The notes beneath the pieces are model-generated. The model was not told where the DNA came from, did no database searches, and saw only the letters and a list, made by a program, of their open reading frames with translations. The translations under genes and the position numbers were made by a program. This document shows positions 38,207-48,133 of a stretch of DNA of 64,000 bases, in pieces. This stretch comes from Fidelibacterota bacterium (lineage in GTDB: Bacteria > Fidelibacterota > Fidelibacteria > Fidelibacterales > DSDE01): positions 13,947 through 77,946 of the forward strand of contig JBJKQR010000063.1 of NCBI GenBank assembly GCA_046735395.1, read 5' to 3'. Numbering within the stretch: position 1 is the stretch's first letter; every line of letters begins with the position of its first letter.

Positions 38207-38986
38207 TCAGCCAAATATAGACAATTCGCCGAGGGCCTTCAATCTCTGATAATCCGTCATATCAATATGCAGCGGCGTCACGGAGATATACCGGTTCTTT
38301 ACAGACCATTCGTCCGTGTCCGATTCTCCGTTATCCGGTCTTTTCTGGCCAGTGAGCCAGTAATATTCACGTCCCTGGGGGCTGATCCGCTTTTCAAAAT
38401 CATCATTCCAAAGTGTCTGTGCCTGGTGCACATAGCGAAATCCCTTCAGTTCTCCAAAATCGGTCACATTGGGCACATTGATATTCAGGACGGGAAAATC
38501 CTTCAGCTTTCCCTGCTGCAGGGCATCCAGTATCAGCCCTGCGACCTGCAGCGCCGGTTCGTAATTCACCTTTCCCTTGCCGGTCACGCTCAGCGCGATG
38601 GACGGAATTCCATGCATGGCGCCTTCAATGGCAGCACCGACCGTTCCGGAATACAGGACATTCACGCCCGTGTTGCTGCCTTCATTTATGCCGGAAATCA
38701 GCAGATCGGGAAGATCGTCCTTCAGAATCACTTTTATCGCCATCTTCACACAGTCCACCGGTGTTCCGGTCACCGCGACCCCCTGAATGGCCGTCCCTTC
38801 ACGATAGCCGTTCCAGGTCAGCGGACTGAACAGGGTAATGGCCTGACTTCGGGCGCTCTGCTCCGTTTCCGGAGCGACCACCGAGATCCGGGCCCTGTCG
38901 GCGAGTCCGCGGTAGAGAACCTTGATCCCCTCTGCATGTATCCCGTCATCATTGACCAGGAGTATGTGAGGACGGGGATCAGGCAT
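38207..38986 (-). CDS. surE: 5'/3'-nucleotidase
   Basis: Motifs NDDG, GTPVDC and SGINEG.N.G..VLYSGTV.AA.EG. Confidence 0.95.
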   Translation of the reverse strand: MPDPRPHILLVNDDGIHAEGIKVLYRGLADRARISVVAPETEQSARSQAITLFSPLTWNGYREGTAIQGVAVTGTPVDCVKMAIKVILKDDLPDLLISGINEGSNTGVNVLYSGTVGAAIEGAMHGIPSIALSVTGKGKVNYEPALQVAGLILDALQQGKLKDFPVLNINVPNVTDFGELKGFRYVHQAQTLWNDDFEKRISPQGREYYWLTGQKRPDNGESDTDEWSVKNRYISVTPLHIDMTDYQRLKALGELSIFG

Positions 38987-39818
38987 AGTAGAATCTCAGA
39001 AAATCATGAATTTTCGTTTTCAGGTCACGACGGTCAATAATGGCATCCACCATTCCCTTTTCAAGGAGAAATTCGGAAGTCTGAAATCCGTCCGGCAGAT
39101 CCTGACCAATCGTCTGCTTGATGACACGCGGCCCGGCAAAACCGATGAGCGCTCCCGGTTCGGCGATATTGATGTCTCCCAGCATGCTGTAGGACGCGCT
39201 GACGCCGCCCGTGGTCGGATTGGTCAGCAGGGAAATATAGGGCAATCCCTTTTCTGCCAGCATGGCAAGCTTTGAACTTGTCTTTGCCATCTGCAGCAGG
39301 GACAGGGCCCCCTCCTGCATGCGGGCGCCGCCTGAAGCGGAAATAATAATCATGGGCCGTTCGAGGCGGATTGCCTCATCGATGGCCCGGGCAATCTTTT
39401 CACCGACAGCCGAACCCAGACTTCCGCCAACAAAGGCAAAATCCATGGCCGCAATGACCACCGGAATACCATTCAGCTTGGCCCGGACGGTCACTACCGC
39501 CTCGTTCAGACCCGTTTTTTTACGGGCTGCCGAGATCGTGTCCGTGTAGCGTTTGGGCACTTTGAAATGCAGCGGATCCTTTGACGTCATCTGGCTGTTG
39601 AATTCATCAGCGCTTCCCTCGTCACAGAGCAGATCCAGATATTTCGCGGAATTGATACGGAAATGATAGGAACATTTCATACAGACGTCCCGGTTCTTTT
39701 CCATCTCTTTCCGATACAGAACTTCGTTACACGAAGGACACTTCACCCAGACTCCGTCCGGGATATCCTTCCGGCTTCCGCCGAATAAATTCTTCGTCGC
39801 ACGTTCAAACCAACTCAT
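38979..39818 (-). CDS. accD: Acetyl-CoA carboxylase carboxyltransferase beta subunit
   Basis: Zn ribbon CPSC..C.KC, SGGARMQEG and GFAGPRVI. Confidence 0.96.
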   Translation of the reverse strand: MSWFERATKNLFGGSRKDIPDGVWVKCPSCNEVLYRKEMEKNRDVCMKCSYHFRINSAKYLDLLCDEGSADEFNSQMTSKDPLHFKVPKRYTDTISAARKKTGLNEAVVTVRAKLNGIPVVIAAMDFAFVGGSLGSAVGEKIARAIDEAIRLERPMIIISASGGARMQEGALSLLQMAKTSSKLAMLAEKGLPYISLLTNPTTGGVSASYSMLGDINIAEPGALIGFAGPRVIKQTIGQDLPDGFQTSEFLLEKGMVDAIIDRRDLKTKIHDFLRFYYA

Positions 39819-40269
39819 GTTTCCCACCTATGTTTCTGCTCATCAGCAAGGCATCGGCGTGTTCGGCCGAATAATAATTCGGACGCCGCCCCACCTGCTG
39901 AAAATGATTTTTTCTGTACAGAGCCAGAGCCGCCTCATTTCCCTCACGAACTTCCAGATTTATCTGATGACAGTGTCGGTCTCCTGCCACACGGATCGCA
40001 TAGTCGAGCATTTTCTGTGCGATTCCCTGTCGCCGGTGACGCTGATCAACTGAAATATTCGTCAGATGCAGCTCATCCAGAACTCTCCATAAAACCATAT
40101 ATGCAATGGGTTTCCCCTCATGGTCACAACTGATCAGATCATGATTTCCACTGTCAAGATCATCTGCAAACTGCGACACCGTCCACGGAGTCATGAAATT
40201 CTCTCTCTCGATGCGCAGTATCTCGTCAAGATCTTCCCGAACCATGCGTCTCAATGTCACTGATTCCAT
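39805..40269 (-). CDS. rimI: Ribosomal protein S18 alanine N-acetyltransferase
   Basis: Motifs ELHLTNI.V, LEVR.GN..A..LY and R.NYY; located after tsaB. Confidence 0.88.
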   Translation of the reverse strand: MESVTLRRMVREDLDEILRIERENFMTPWTVSQFADDLDSGNHDLISCDHEGKPIAYMVLWRVLDELHLTNISVDQRHRRQGIAQKMLDYAIRVAGDRHCHQINLEVREGNEAALALYRKNHFQQVGRRPNYYSAEHADALLMSRNIGGKHELV

Positions 40270-40892
40270 TTTTTCGCTTTGTATTCAATTCCATACCTTA
40301 ATTTCAGGCCTGTCGTATCCGTTGTCAAGGATACGCCGTTCTGCGCATAATGCGTGATGAGCAGACCCGCATCCAGCGGCCTGTAAATACGCTCCACTCC
40401 GTCAAGTGATATGTCCGCATCATTGGTCAGGATCAGATCAACTCCGGAATACAGATCCTGTACTTCAGAGAGAACATGATAACGGATATCCAATTGCGGC
40501 TTTCCGCCGGTCCGGGTTCCGACAAAGACGTTTTCCCGATGACTTCTGAATATGACCAGCGGCAGACGGGCCGCATCCAGTTCTTTTCGATACTGTCCGG
40601 CCAGAGCATCCATGCTGCCCACCAGCCCCATGGGACAGTTCAGAGGCAGAGCCAGCCCCTTCGCGTAACTCATCCCGATCCGAAGTCCGGTGAAGGATCC
40701 GGGCCCGCCGGATACCAGAATTCCCTCCAGCTGTGCGGCGGTGATCCCGCTGTCTCCCAGAACCGTCTTCACCATCTGTGCCAGATGCTCGGAATGACGA
40801 TTGGGTTCCTCCAGGGTTTCCATGAAGATCTGTCCCTTCACTTCCAGAGCTGTACTGCAGACGGACGAAGATGTTTCAATGGCCAGAATCAT
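40257..40892 (-). CDS. tsaB: t6A biosynthesis protein TsaB
   Basis: Motifs ILAIETS, HSE.L and GPGSFTGLRIG. Confidence 0.93.
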   Translation of the reverse strand: MILAIETSSSVCSTALEVKGQIFMETLEEPNRHSEHLAQMVKTVLGDSGITAAQLEGILVSGGPGSFTGLRIGMSYAKGLALPLNCPMGLVGSMDALAGQYRKELDAARLPLVIFRSHRENVFVGTRTGGKPQLDIRYHVLSEVQDLYSGVDLILTNDADISLDGVERIYRPLDAGLLITHYAQNGVSLTTDTTGLKLRYGIEYKAKKWNQ

Positions 40893-41329
40893 AGATCCAG
40901 CTCCCGGCCTGATTCGATATCAATGATTCGTTCATTGTCAGATTTTCCCGGCACAAACTGCAGATGAATCGCCGACTCCGGCAGCAGGCTGCTGACAATT
41001 TCCGGCCATTCAATAATAATCAGCCCGTCCCGGCTCAGATAATCATCCAGCCCCATGAAAAGTATTTCCTCGGCCTTTTTCAGCCGGTAACAGTCGAAAT
41101 GGTACAGATCCCTGTCTCCGTGATATTCATTGATAAGCGTAAATGTGGGACTGGTTACATCTTCCTTTACTCTGAAATACCTGCTCAGTCCCCGGGTGAA
41201 GGTGGTCTTGCCGGAAGCCAGATCTCCCTGCAGAGCAAGAATATCTCCGCTCTGCAGCCGGGGCGCCAGCGACGAGGCAAAACGCTGCGTTGCTTCAGGG
41301 CTGTCGGAGATGTAACGGAATTTATACAT
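40889..41329 (-). CDS. tsaE: t6A biosynthesis ATPase TsaE
   Basis: Motifs GDL.SGKTTF, SPTFTL, HFD.YRL and IEW. Confidence 0.95.
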   Translation of the reverse strand: MYKFRYISDSPEATQRFASSLAPRLQSGDILALQGDLASGKTTFTRGLSRYFRVKEDVTSPTFTLINEYHGDRDLYHFDCYRLKKAEEILFMGLDDYLSRDGLIIIEWPEIVSSLLPESAIHLQFVPGKSDNERIIDIESGRELDL

Positions 41330-41338
41330 TCGGACCTG

Positions 41339-42898
41339 TCATTTCGGTGTACAGACGGCAACCGGCAGGATCATTTCATCCAGGGAAATTCCTCCGTGCT
41401 GAAAGGTATCCGGCAATTGCTTCTGATAGTGACGAAGATTATTGGGATAGACAAAATAATGGTCTTCCCTGGCAAAAATAAAGTGGGAATTCACCCGGAC
41501 CGACGGAAGTTTGAAGGCCTGGGGCTCCTTGATGTGAAGCGCCGCACGATGGGGGACATGAAGATTATTACCGGTTTTATAGCGTACTCCGGTGGTGGTT
41601 TCCCGGTCAGCCTTCACAACGGCTGATTTTCGGACTTTCACGCTGCCGTGATCACTCGTGACAATGGTTGTGTAATTGAGTTCGGCCGCACGCCGGAATA
41701 TCTGGGCCAGGTAACTGTGTTCAAACCAGTTGCGGATAATATTCCGATAGCTGCTTTCATCGGGAAGAATTTCCTGAAGCAGGCTGCTTTCAGAACGGCG
41801 GTGAGCCAGAATATCCACAAAATTGATAACGAGGGATATGAACTGATTACCTGAAAAATCGGAAAAATGCTGGGCAATCTGCTCACCCTGTTTCGAATCG
41901 AGAATTTTCATGTATTTTACGCCACCCTTCAGAGTAAGCGAATGCCGGTTCAGGTACTGGGTCAGCAAATCCCCCTCGAAGCGGTTCATGCTGTCATCCA
42001 GATCCGCGTTCTCATATATTTCCGGAAAAAGCCCGGCGATATCCGACGGATACAGGCCTGAAAAAATCGCATTCCGGCTGTAGGGTGTGGCTGTCGGCAG
42101 GATACTCAGATGCTGCGCCATGTCCACATTATAATAATCCTGAATCAGAGGCGCGATCATCAGCCACTGATCATAGCGCATGCAGTCGATGAGGATGAAC
42201 AGCACTTTTTCACCGGCCACAAGCCGCGGACGAATGAACGTATCGAGCACCGCTGCGGAATCGCAGACGGCTTTCCGCGGGTCATTGATCAGATGCTCAT
42301 ATTCTGAGATGATAAATTTCTCAAATTGCTGATTCAACTGGCGTTTCTGCTCCCCGAACAGCTCAAGCAGATCCTGATGCTGAGTCCGGTCAAATTCCGT
42401 TTCCCAGCGGGAGAGCGTAGCGTGCAGGTCAGCCCAGCGTGACAGAGACTCAATTCCTTCCTGCAGCTCCTGATTCATATCCTGATAGAAGGTCATATAT
42501 GAGGTGGCAATGGCCTCCCGGCGGATATCCTTTCGCTCCAGCACCTTTTTCAGCGCCATGAGCACCTGAGACGGATTCACCGGCTTGAGAAGATAGTCCG
42601 TAATCTTTCGCCCGATGGCATCCTCCATGAGGGTTTCCTCCTCATTCTTGGTAATCATGATCACCGGCAGAAAATCCTTGATTGACTTGATCTTTTCAAG
42701 GACGGCAAGGCCATCCAGGCCTGTCATCATTTCATCGAGCAGTACGGCCTCCAGATTCGTCGTCCGAACGATTTCCAGGGCATCGATTCCATTAGTGGCG
42801 GTCAGAATTTCATAACCCTTGCCCTCCAGAAACAGAATATGCGGACGCAGCAACCCGATTTCATCATCAACCCAGAGAATACGTCTTTTTATATTCAT
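41339..42898 (-). CDS. porX: Response regulator with PglZ/alkaline phosphatase domain (PorX family)
   Basis: Receiver domain ILWVDDEI..LLDE.M; PglZ motifs ID..RYDQW, LPTATPYSRNAIFSG, SDHG and FQHGG.S. Confidence 0.88.
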   Translation of the reverse strand: MNIKRRILWVDDEIGLLRPHILFLEGKGYEILTATNGIDALEIVRTTNLEAVLLDEMMTGLDGLAVLEKIKSIKDFLPVIMITKNEEETLMEDAIGRKITDYLLKPVNPSQVLMALKKVLERKDIRREAIATSYMTFYQDMNQELQEGIESLSRWADLHATLSRWETEFDRTQHQDLLELFGEQKRQLNQQFEKFIISEYEHLINDPRKAVCDSAAVLDTFIRPRLVAGEKVLFILIDCMRYDQWLMIAPLIQDYYNVDMAQHLSILPTATPYSRNAIFSGLYPSDIAGLFPEIYENADLDDSMNRFEGDLLTQYLNRHSLTLKGGVKYMKILDSKQGEQIAQHFSDFSGNQFISLVINFVDILAHRRSESSLLQEILPDESSYRNIIRNWFEHSYLAQIFRRAAELNYTTIVTSDHGSVKVRKSAVVKADRETTTGVRYKTGNNLHVPHRAALHIKEPQAFKLPSVRVNSHFIFAREDHYFVYPNNLRHYQKQLPDTFQHGGISLDEMILPVAVCTPK

Positions 42899-43035
42899 CC
42901 CGAAATATACCCTTTTCTGCCAACTATTACCAAATCTGTTTTGCGGCTTCCACCGCTTGTCAGTCCCTATTCGGTCATCCTGTGATCACCGTCTCTGCCG
43001 GCCTGCTTCCGTACCCGGATTTTTCTGCCTTCAAT

Positions 43036-43061
43036 AAAAAAGGCCGCATTGCTGCGGCCTT
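43036..43061 (-). terminator. Intrinsic terminator after rnc
   Basis: Minus strand AGGCCGCA-GCAA-TGCGGCCT followed by TTTTT. Confidence 0.85.
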
Positions 43062-43084
43062 GCAATTTCACTGATGTCTCTCGT

Positions 43085-43858
43085 TCAGATTTCGCTGCTT
43101 TCCTCGGACTTCAGAAGATCCAGAGCCACTTTTGCGGCTTTCTGACTTGCATCCTTCTTCGACTTTCCCTTTCCGCAGCCCAGAACACGGCCATCCAGCG
43201 AGACACTGATTTCAAATTCCTTGAAATGGTCCGGCCCTTTTTCGTCACTGACATCAAAGAGCGGATCGCTGAGTCGTCGCTTCTGACAGTATTCATACAG
43301 CAGGCCTTTGTAATTCTGGGTCTCGGGTGCGGGGATCACCTTGTGGTGCTTTACCAGCAAGGTGTCATAGACGAACTGATAAGCGGCTTCAAAGCCATTA
43401 TCCATGTACAGGGCTCCGACAAAGCTTTCATAGATGTCGGAAAGGATCGAATCCAGCTGTCTCAGATTGTCCTTTTCGCCGCCTTTTCCCAGGATAATGA
43501 GTTTCCCGAATCTCAGGGACCGGGAGGTCTTCGCCAGGATGGTCCTGTTGACCAGCTGAGCTCTCATCTGTGTCAGCCTGCCCTCCGAATATTCTCTGAA
43601 ATTTTCGTAGAGAAAACGGCTGACGATGAGTTCCAGAACCGCGTCACCGAGAAACTCCAACCGTTCGTAGGAGGAATCCCGGGTCTGAGTATCCTGGTCA
43701 ATGGCCGAGGAATGAAGAAAAGCCTGCTGGAGTATATCCGGATCGGAGAAACGACAGCCAGAAATGGCATAGATCTCCCCGGCCAGATCCGTCTTTACCG
43801 ACCTGAACCGGCGCAAAGACAGGGCTTTCTTCAGAAATCCGGCGAGAGAACGGAACAT
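43085..43858 (-). CDS. rnc: Ribonuclease III
   Basis: Signature ERLEFLGDAVL and dsRBD motif GPDH.K.F. Confidence 0.95.
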   Translation of the reverse strand: MFRSLAGFLKKALSLRRFRSVKTDLAGEIYAISGCRFSDPDILQQAFLHSSAIDQDTQTRDSSYERLEFLGDAVLELIVSRFLYENFREYSEGRLTQMRAQLVNRTILAKTSRSLRFGKLIILGKGGEKDNLRQLDSILSDIYESFVGALYMDNGFEAAYQFVYDTLLVKHHKVIPAPETQNYKGLLYEYCQKRRLSDPLFDVSDEKGPDHFKEFEISVSLDGRVLGCGKGKSKKDASQKAAKVALDLLKSEESSEI

Positions 43859-43861
43859 GAT

Positions 43862-45100
43862 TTACGCCTCTCGGAAAACCACTGAAGCATTATGGCCGCC
43901 AAAACCGAAGGTATTGGATATCACGGATTTGACAGTCTGCTGCCGTGCTGTATTCGGTGTGTAATCCAGATCACAGTCAGGATCGGCTTCCTCGAAATTG
44001 ATGGTCGGAGGAATGACATTATCCTGAATGGCCATGACAGACACGACGGCTTCAATAGCTCCGGCTGCTCCCAGCAGATGTCCGGTCATGGATTTGGTGG
44101 ATGAGATGGCCACTTTCCGTGCATGATCTCCGAAAACGTCCTTGACAGCGGCCGTTTCCACTTTATCATTCAGTGGAGTGGAGGTTCCGTGTGCATTGAT
44201 GTAGCTGATATCCTCCGGATTCAGACCGGCATTTCTCAGTGCATCCCTCATACATTTTTTCGCGCCCCGGCCATCGGCAATGGGAGCGGTAATGTGAAAG
44301 GCATCTGCCGATATACCTGCACCCGCCAGCTCTGCGTAAATCACAGCGCCGCGGGCAACGGCATGTTCATACTCTTCAAGTACCAGGGCGGCTCCGCCTT
44401 CCGCAAGGAGAAACCCGTTGCGGGTGGCATCGAAGGGCCTGGATGCGCGGGTATAATTCTCATTATCCCGGCTGAGGGCTTTGATATTGGTAAATCCTGC
44501 AATGGACATGGGTGTGACGGCGGCTTCGGACCCACCGCAAATCATGATATCAGCATCTCCGAACTGGATATGCCGAAGCCCCAGCATCAGGGCATGATTG
44601 GCGGAAGCACAGGCCGATGAAACGGAGTAATTCGGTCCCTGAAGCCCATATTTTATGGAAATATGACCGGAGGTGATATCGGGAATCATTTTAGGTATGA
44701 AATAGGGAGACACTCTGCGAGGTCCCTTTTCCAGCAGATTCCGATTCTGTTCCTCAAATGTCAGCAGACCGCCGACGCCGGAAGCCATGATAACTCCCGC
44801 CATCTGCAGATCCGTTTTTTCCAGGTCCAGGCCCGAATGAGCCATTGCCTCGTCAGCAGCCAGGATTCCCCACTGGGTGAAGCGGTCCAGCTTCCCCAGT
44901 TCCGTACCCTGAAAATGATCCTCCGGCTTCACATCCTTGACTTCGGCTGCGATTTTCACCGCAAAGTCACTTGTGTCGAAAGCCTGGATCAGATTCGCTC
45001 CGCTGACTCCGTTCTGTATCGCTGACCAGAAGGTTTTTAATCCTGAACCGATCGGCGATATTACTCCCATACCCGTAACTACTACGCGTCTGCGCATCAT
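43862..45100 (-). CDS. fabF: Beta-ketoacyl-ACP synthase II
   Basis: Motifs SACAS, NAHGTST, KSMTGHLLGAAG and FGFGGHN. Confidence 0.97.
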   Translation of the reverse strand: MMRRRVVVTGMGVISPIGSGLKTFWSAIQNGVSGANLIQAFDTSDFAVKIAAEVKDVKPEDHFQGTELGKLDRFTQWGILAADEAMAHSGLDLEKTDLQMAGVIMASGVGGLLTFEEQNRNLLEKGPRRVSPYFIPKMIPDITSGHISIKYGLQGPNYSVSSACASANHALMLGLRHIQFGDADIMICGGSEAAVTPMSIAGFTNIKALSRDNENYTRASRPFDATRNGFLLAEGGAALVLEEYEHAVARGAVIYAELAGAGISADAFHITAPIADGRGAKKCMRDALRNAGLNPEDISYINAHGTSTPLNDKVETAAVKDVFGDHARKVAISSTKSMTGHLLGAAGAIEAVVSVMAIQDNVIPPTINFEEADPDCDLDYTPNTARQQTVKSVISNTFGFGGHNASVVFREA

Positions 45101-45126
45101 ATCACTCGATTTTTTTTAGATTAAAA

Positions 45127-45363
45127 TTAAGCCTGGGTCTGCAGATAGTTCAGAACGTCTCCGACGGTCTTCATCTTTTCCGCTTCTTCATCCGGAATGG
45201 AAATGTCAAATTTATCTTCCAGAGACATGATCAGTTCAACTGTGTCAAGAGAGTCAGCACCCAGATCATCAATGAATGATGCTTCCTTGGTAACTTTGCC
45301 TTCATCGACATTCAGTTTTTCAACAATGATTTCTTTCAGGTTTTCAAACGTAATCTGAGCCAT
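45127..45363 (-). CDS. acpP: Acyl carrier protein
   Basis: Motif [12 protein letters not shown]. Confidence 0.98.
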   Translation of the reverse strand: MAQITFENLKEIIVEKLNVDEGKVTKEASFIDDLGADSLDTVELIMSLEDKFDISIPDEEAEKMKTVGDVLNYLQTQA

Positions 45364-45425
45364 TTTTAGTTCCCTTTTTTTTGTTTTTTTAATTTACGGT
45401 TCAATTTTATGTTTCTCAACGTCAA

Positions 45426-46175
45426 TCACATCACCAGTCCGCCGCAGACAGACAGGACCTGACCGGTAATATAGTCAGATTCGCTGCTGCAGAGGAAGTG
45501 AACAGCCTTCGCCACGTCGTTCGTGCTTCCGAAACGTCCCAGGGGAATCTGTTTTTTATAATTCTCCTGAACTTCGGGAGCCAGTTTATCCGTCATATCC
45601 GTACGGATAAATCCGGGGGTGATGGCATTGCAGTTCACACCGCGGGATGCCAGTTCACGGGCTGTCACTTTGGTGAGTCCGATAACGCCGCTTTTCGAAG
45701 CAGCATAATTCGCCTGTCCGGCTGTTCCCAGAACACCGGAGACAGAAGCGATATTCACAATCTTTCCTGATCTCTGTTTCATCATGACTTTGGAGATGGC
45801 CTGGCTGCAGAGAAAGGTTCCCTTCAGATTGATATCCAGCACCAGATCCCAGTCTTCCTCCTTCATCCGAAGCATCAGGTTGTCGCGGGTAATCCCGGCA
45901 TTATTGACCCAAATGTCAATCTTCCCGTAGGTATCGGTGACAGTTTGAATGAGCGATTCAATATCTGCCTTCTTCGTGACATTACAGGCTACAGCCAGCG
46001 TTTCCGCCCCATCAGCCGCCAATTCGGCCGCTGTTGTTTTCGTCGTCTCAGCATCAATATCGCAGATTACCACTCTGGCACCGGCCGCTGCGAGAACCGT
46101 GGCAATTTCCTTGCCGATTCCCCGGGCAGACCCTGTGATAACAGCAACCTGATCCTGTAAATCCTGCTGTGTCAA
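45426..46175 (-). CDS. fabG: 3-oxoacyl-ACP reductase
   Basis: Motifs TG..RGIG, NNAGITRD and NY.ASK. TTG start follows AAGGAGG. Confidence 0.95.
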   Translation of the reverse strand: MTQQDLQDQVAVITGSARGIGKEIATVLAAAGARVVICDIDAETTKTTAAELAADGAETLAVACNVTKKADIESLIQTVTDTYGKIDIWVNNAGITRDNLMLRMKEEDWDLVLDINLKGTFLCSQAISKVMMKQRSGKIVNIASVSGVLGTAGQANYAASKSGVIGLTKVTARELASRGVNCNAITPGFIRTDMTDKLAPEVQENYKKQIPLGRFGSTNDVAKAVHFLCSSESDYITGQVLSVCGGLVM

Positions 46176-46197
46176 TGTTCCTCCTTCGTTTGTTCCC

Positions 46198-47121
46198 TTA
46201 GTGTATTCCAACTGCTTCCAGATCGGTCACATTTGAGATCCCGTCCGGAGCCAGATCCGAATCAATACGCTTAACCAGTCCCTGCAGTACTTTCCCGGGG
46301 CCCACTTCAATATATTTTTCGATGCCGTCCCGCTTCATGTTCAGAATGGTATCGGACCACAGCACCGCGCTTTCAATCTGCGAAATCAGATTGGCGGTAA
46401 GTTCAGCTGCATTCCGATGTTTTTCCGCATCCACATTGCAGTAGACATCCCGGCTCGCATCCTGCAGTGTCATCCCGCTTATTTTCTGAGACAGTTTTTC
46501 TGTCGCGGAACCCATGAGCGGTGAGTGAAAAGCGCCGCTGACTTCCAGCTGTATGGCTCGTTTCGCTCCCAGTTCCTTGGCAATCTGCATGGCTTCCTGA
46601 ACGGCTTCCACATGCCCGGATATGGCGACCTGTCCGGGGGAGTTGAAATTGGCAATTTTTACAATTCCCAGAACGGAGGCCCGGTCACAGGCTTCCTGAA
46701 TTTTTTCCCTGTCCAGATTCAGAATGGCAGCCATGGTGCCCGGATTTTTCTCACCCGCTTCCTGCATGCTCTCGGCGCGGACCTTGACGAGTTCCAGTCC
46801 GTCTTCAAAACTGAAGACACCGGCAGCATGAAGCGCGGAATATTCTCCAAGGCTGTGTCCTGCCACAGCTGAAAATTGAAAATTATTATCCAGCAGAAGT
46901 TTCGTAATCACCGATGACACGACGTAGAGAGCGGGCTGGGTAACTTTCGTCTGAGTCAGCTCCTGCAGAGGCCCGTTGAAGCAGACGTTGGCCAGATCAA
47001 AACCCAGAATTTTCCCGGCGCGGTCAAACATGGACCGGGCAATATCGAAACTTTCATACAGATCCCGGCCCATCCCCACGCTCTGTGAAGCCTGTCCCGG
47101 AAAAATCAGTGCGATACTCAT
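46198..47121 (-). CDS. fabD: Malonyl-CoA:ACP transacylase
   Basis: Motifs FPGQ.SQ, GHSLGEY and VSGAFHS. Confidence 0.96.
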   Translation of the reverse strand: MSIALIFPGQASQSVGMGRDLYESFDIARSMFDRAGKILGFDLANVCFNGPLQELTQTKVTQPALYVVSSVITKLLLDNNFQFSAVAGHSLGEYSALHAAGVFSFEDGLELVKVRAESMQEAGEKNPGTMAAILNLDREKIQEACDRASVLGIVKIANFNSPGQVAISGHVEAVQEAMQIAKELGAKRAIQLEVSGAFHSPLMGSATEKLSQKISGMTLQDASRDVYCNVDAEKHRNAAELTANLISQIESAVLWSDTILNMKRDGIEKYIEVGPGKVLQGLVKRIDSDLAPDGISNVTDLEAVGIH

Positions 47122-47126
47122 AGTTT

Positions 47127-48122
47127 TTACATTCCCCATTTGATCAGCATACTGCCCCAGGTGAATCCGGCACCGAAAGCAGCCAGAAGGAGCAGATCCC
47201 CTTCCTTGAGCCGGCCTTCCTGAACCGCATCCCAAATGCCGAGAGGCAGAGTGGCAGCTGTCGTATTGGCGTATTTTCCGATATTTATGAGAACCTTGTT
47301 GGGATCCAGGCCGATCCGTTCGGCCGTTGCATCGATGATACGCAGATTTGCCTGGTGAGGTATGAACAATGCCAGATCTTCACCGGTCAGATTATTGGCT
47401 TTCATAATCTGCTCCGAAACATCCTGCATGCCCTTGACGGCAAATTTGAATACGGATTTCCCATCCTGATAAATATAATGCATTTTGGCGTCAACTGTCT
47501 CATGCGTCGTGGGATTCAGCGATCCGCCGCCCTTCATGTACAGATATTTACCGCCTTCACCGTCCGTGTAGAGAATTTCATCCAGAACACCGGTCCCGTC
47601 ATCAGACGGTTCCAGCAGCACAGCGCCGGCACCATCACCAAACAGGATGCAGGTATTCCGGTCCGTATAATCCACAATGGAGCTCATTTTGTCAGCACCC
47701 ACAACCACAACTTTTTTTGCGGTTCCGGCTTTGATAAACGACGCGCCGGTAGCCAGTGCAAAGAGAAAACCGCTACAGGCACCACTCAGGTCAAAACCCC
47801 AGGCTTTTTTAGTGCCCAGTTTGTCCAGAACCAATGCGGCTGTTGCAGGGAACATCATATCCGGTGTAATGGTGGCAACGATGAGAATGTCAATTTCCGA
47901 AGCATCCATGCCCCGTGAATCCAGAAGTTCCTGCACGGCCTTCACGGTCATGTCGGAGGTGGTTTCTCCGTCCGCGGCAATGTGACGTTCCCGGATACCG
48001 GTACGTGTCACAATCCACTCATTATTGGTATCGATCATCTTTTCCAGATCGAAATTATTTAGAATTTTTTCCGGGACATAATGTCCCACGGCTGTAATCT
48101 TTGCTGTGTTTTTCGCGTTCAT
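47127..48122 (-). CDS. fabH: Beta-ketoacyl-ACP synthase III
   Basis: Motifs ACSGF, LFGDGAGA, PHQAN and FGAGFTWG. Confidence 0.96.
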   Translation of the reverse strand: MNAKNTAKITAVGHYVPEKILNNFDLEKMIDTNNEWIVTRTGIRERHIAADGETTSDMTVKAVQELLDSRGMDASEIDILIVATITPDMMFPATAALVLDKLGTKKAWGFDLSGACSGFLFALATGASFIKAGTAKKVVVVGADKMSSIVDYTDRNTCILFGDGAGAVLLEPSDDGTGVLDEILYTDGEGGKYLYMKGGGSLNPTTHETVDAKMHYIYQDGKSVFKFAVKGMQDVSEQIMKANNLTGEDLALFIPHQANLRIIDATAERIGLDPNKVLINIGKYANTTAATLPLGIWDAVQEGRLKEGDLLLLAAFGAGFTWGSMLIKWGM

Positions 48123-48133
48123 GATCTTCTCTG

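Noticed and set aside
37886..39040. 384-aa plus-strand ORF, and similar long antisense ORFs at 19559, 29867 and 43049
   Set aside because: They overlap well-supported minus-strand genes and show no domain signatures.
41339..42898. PglZ domain as a sign of a BREX defence system
   Set aside because: It is a receiver-PglZ fusion next to tsaE (PorX type), with no brx/pgl genes nearby.
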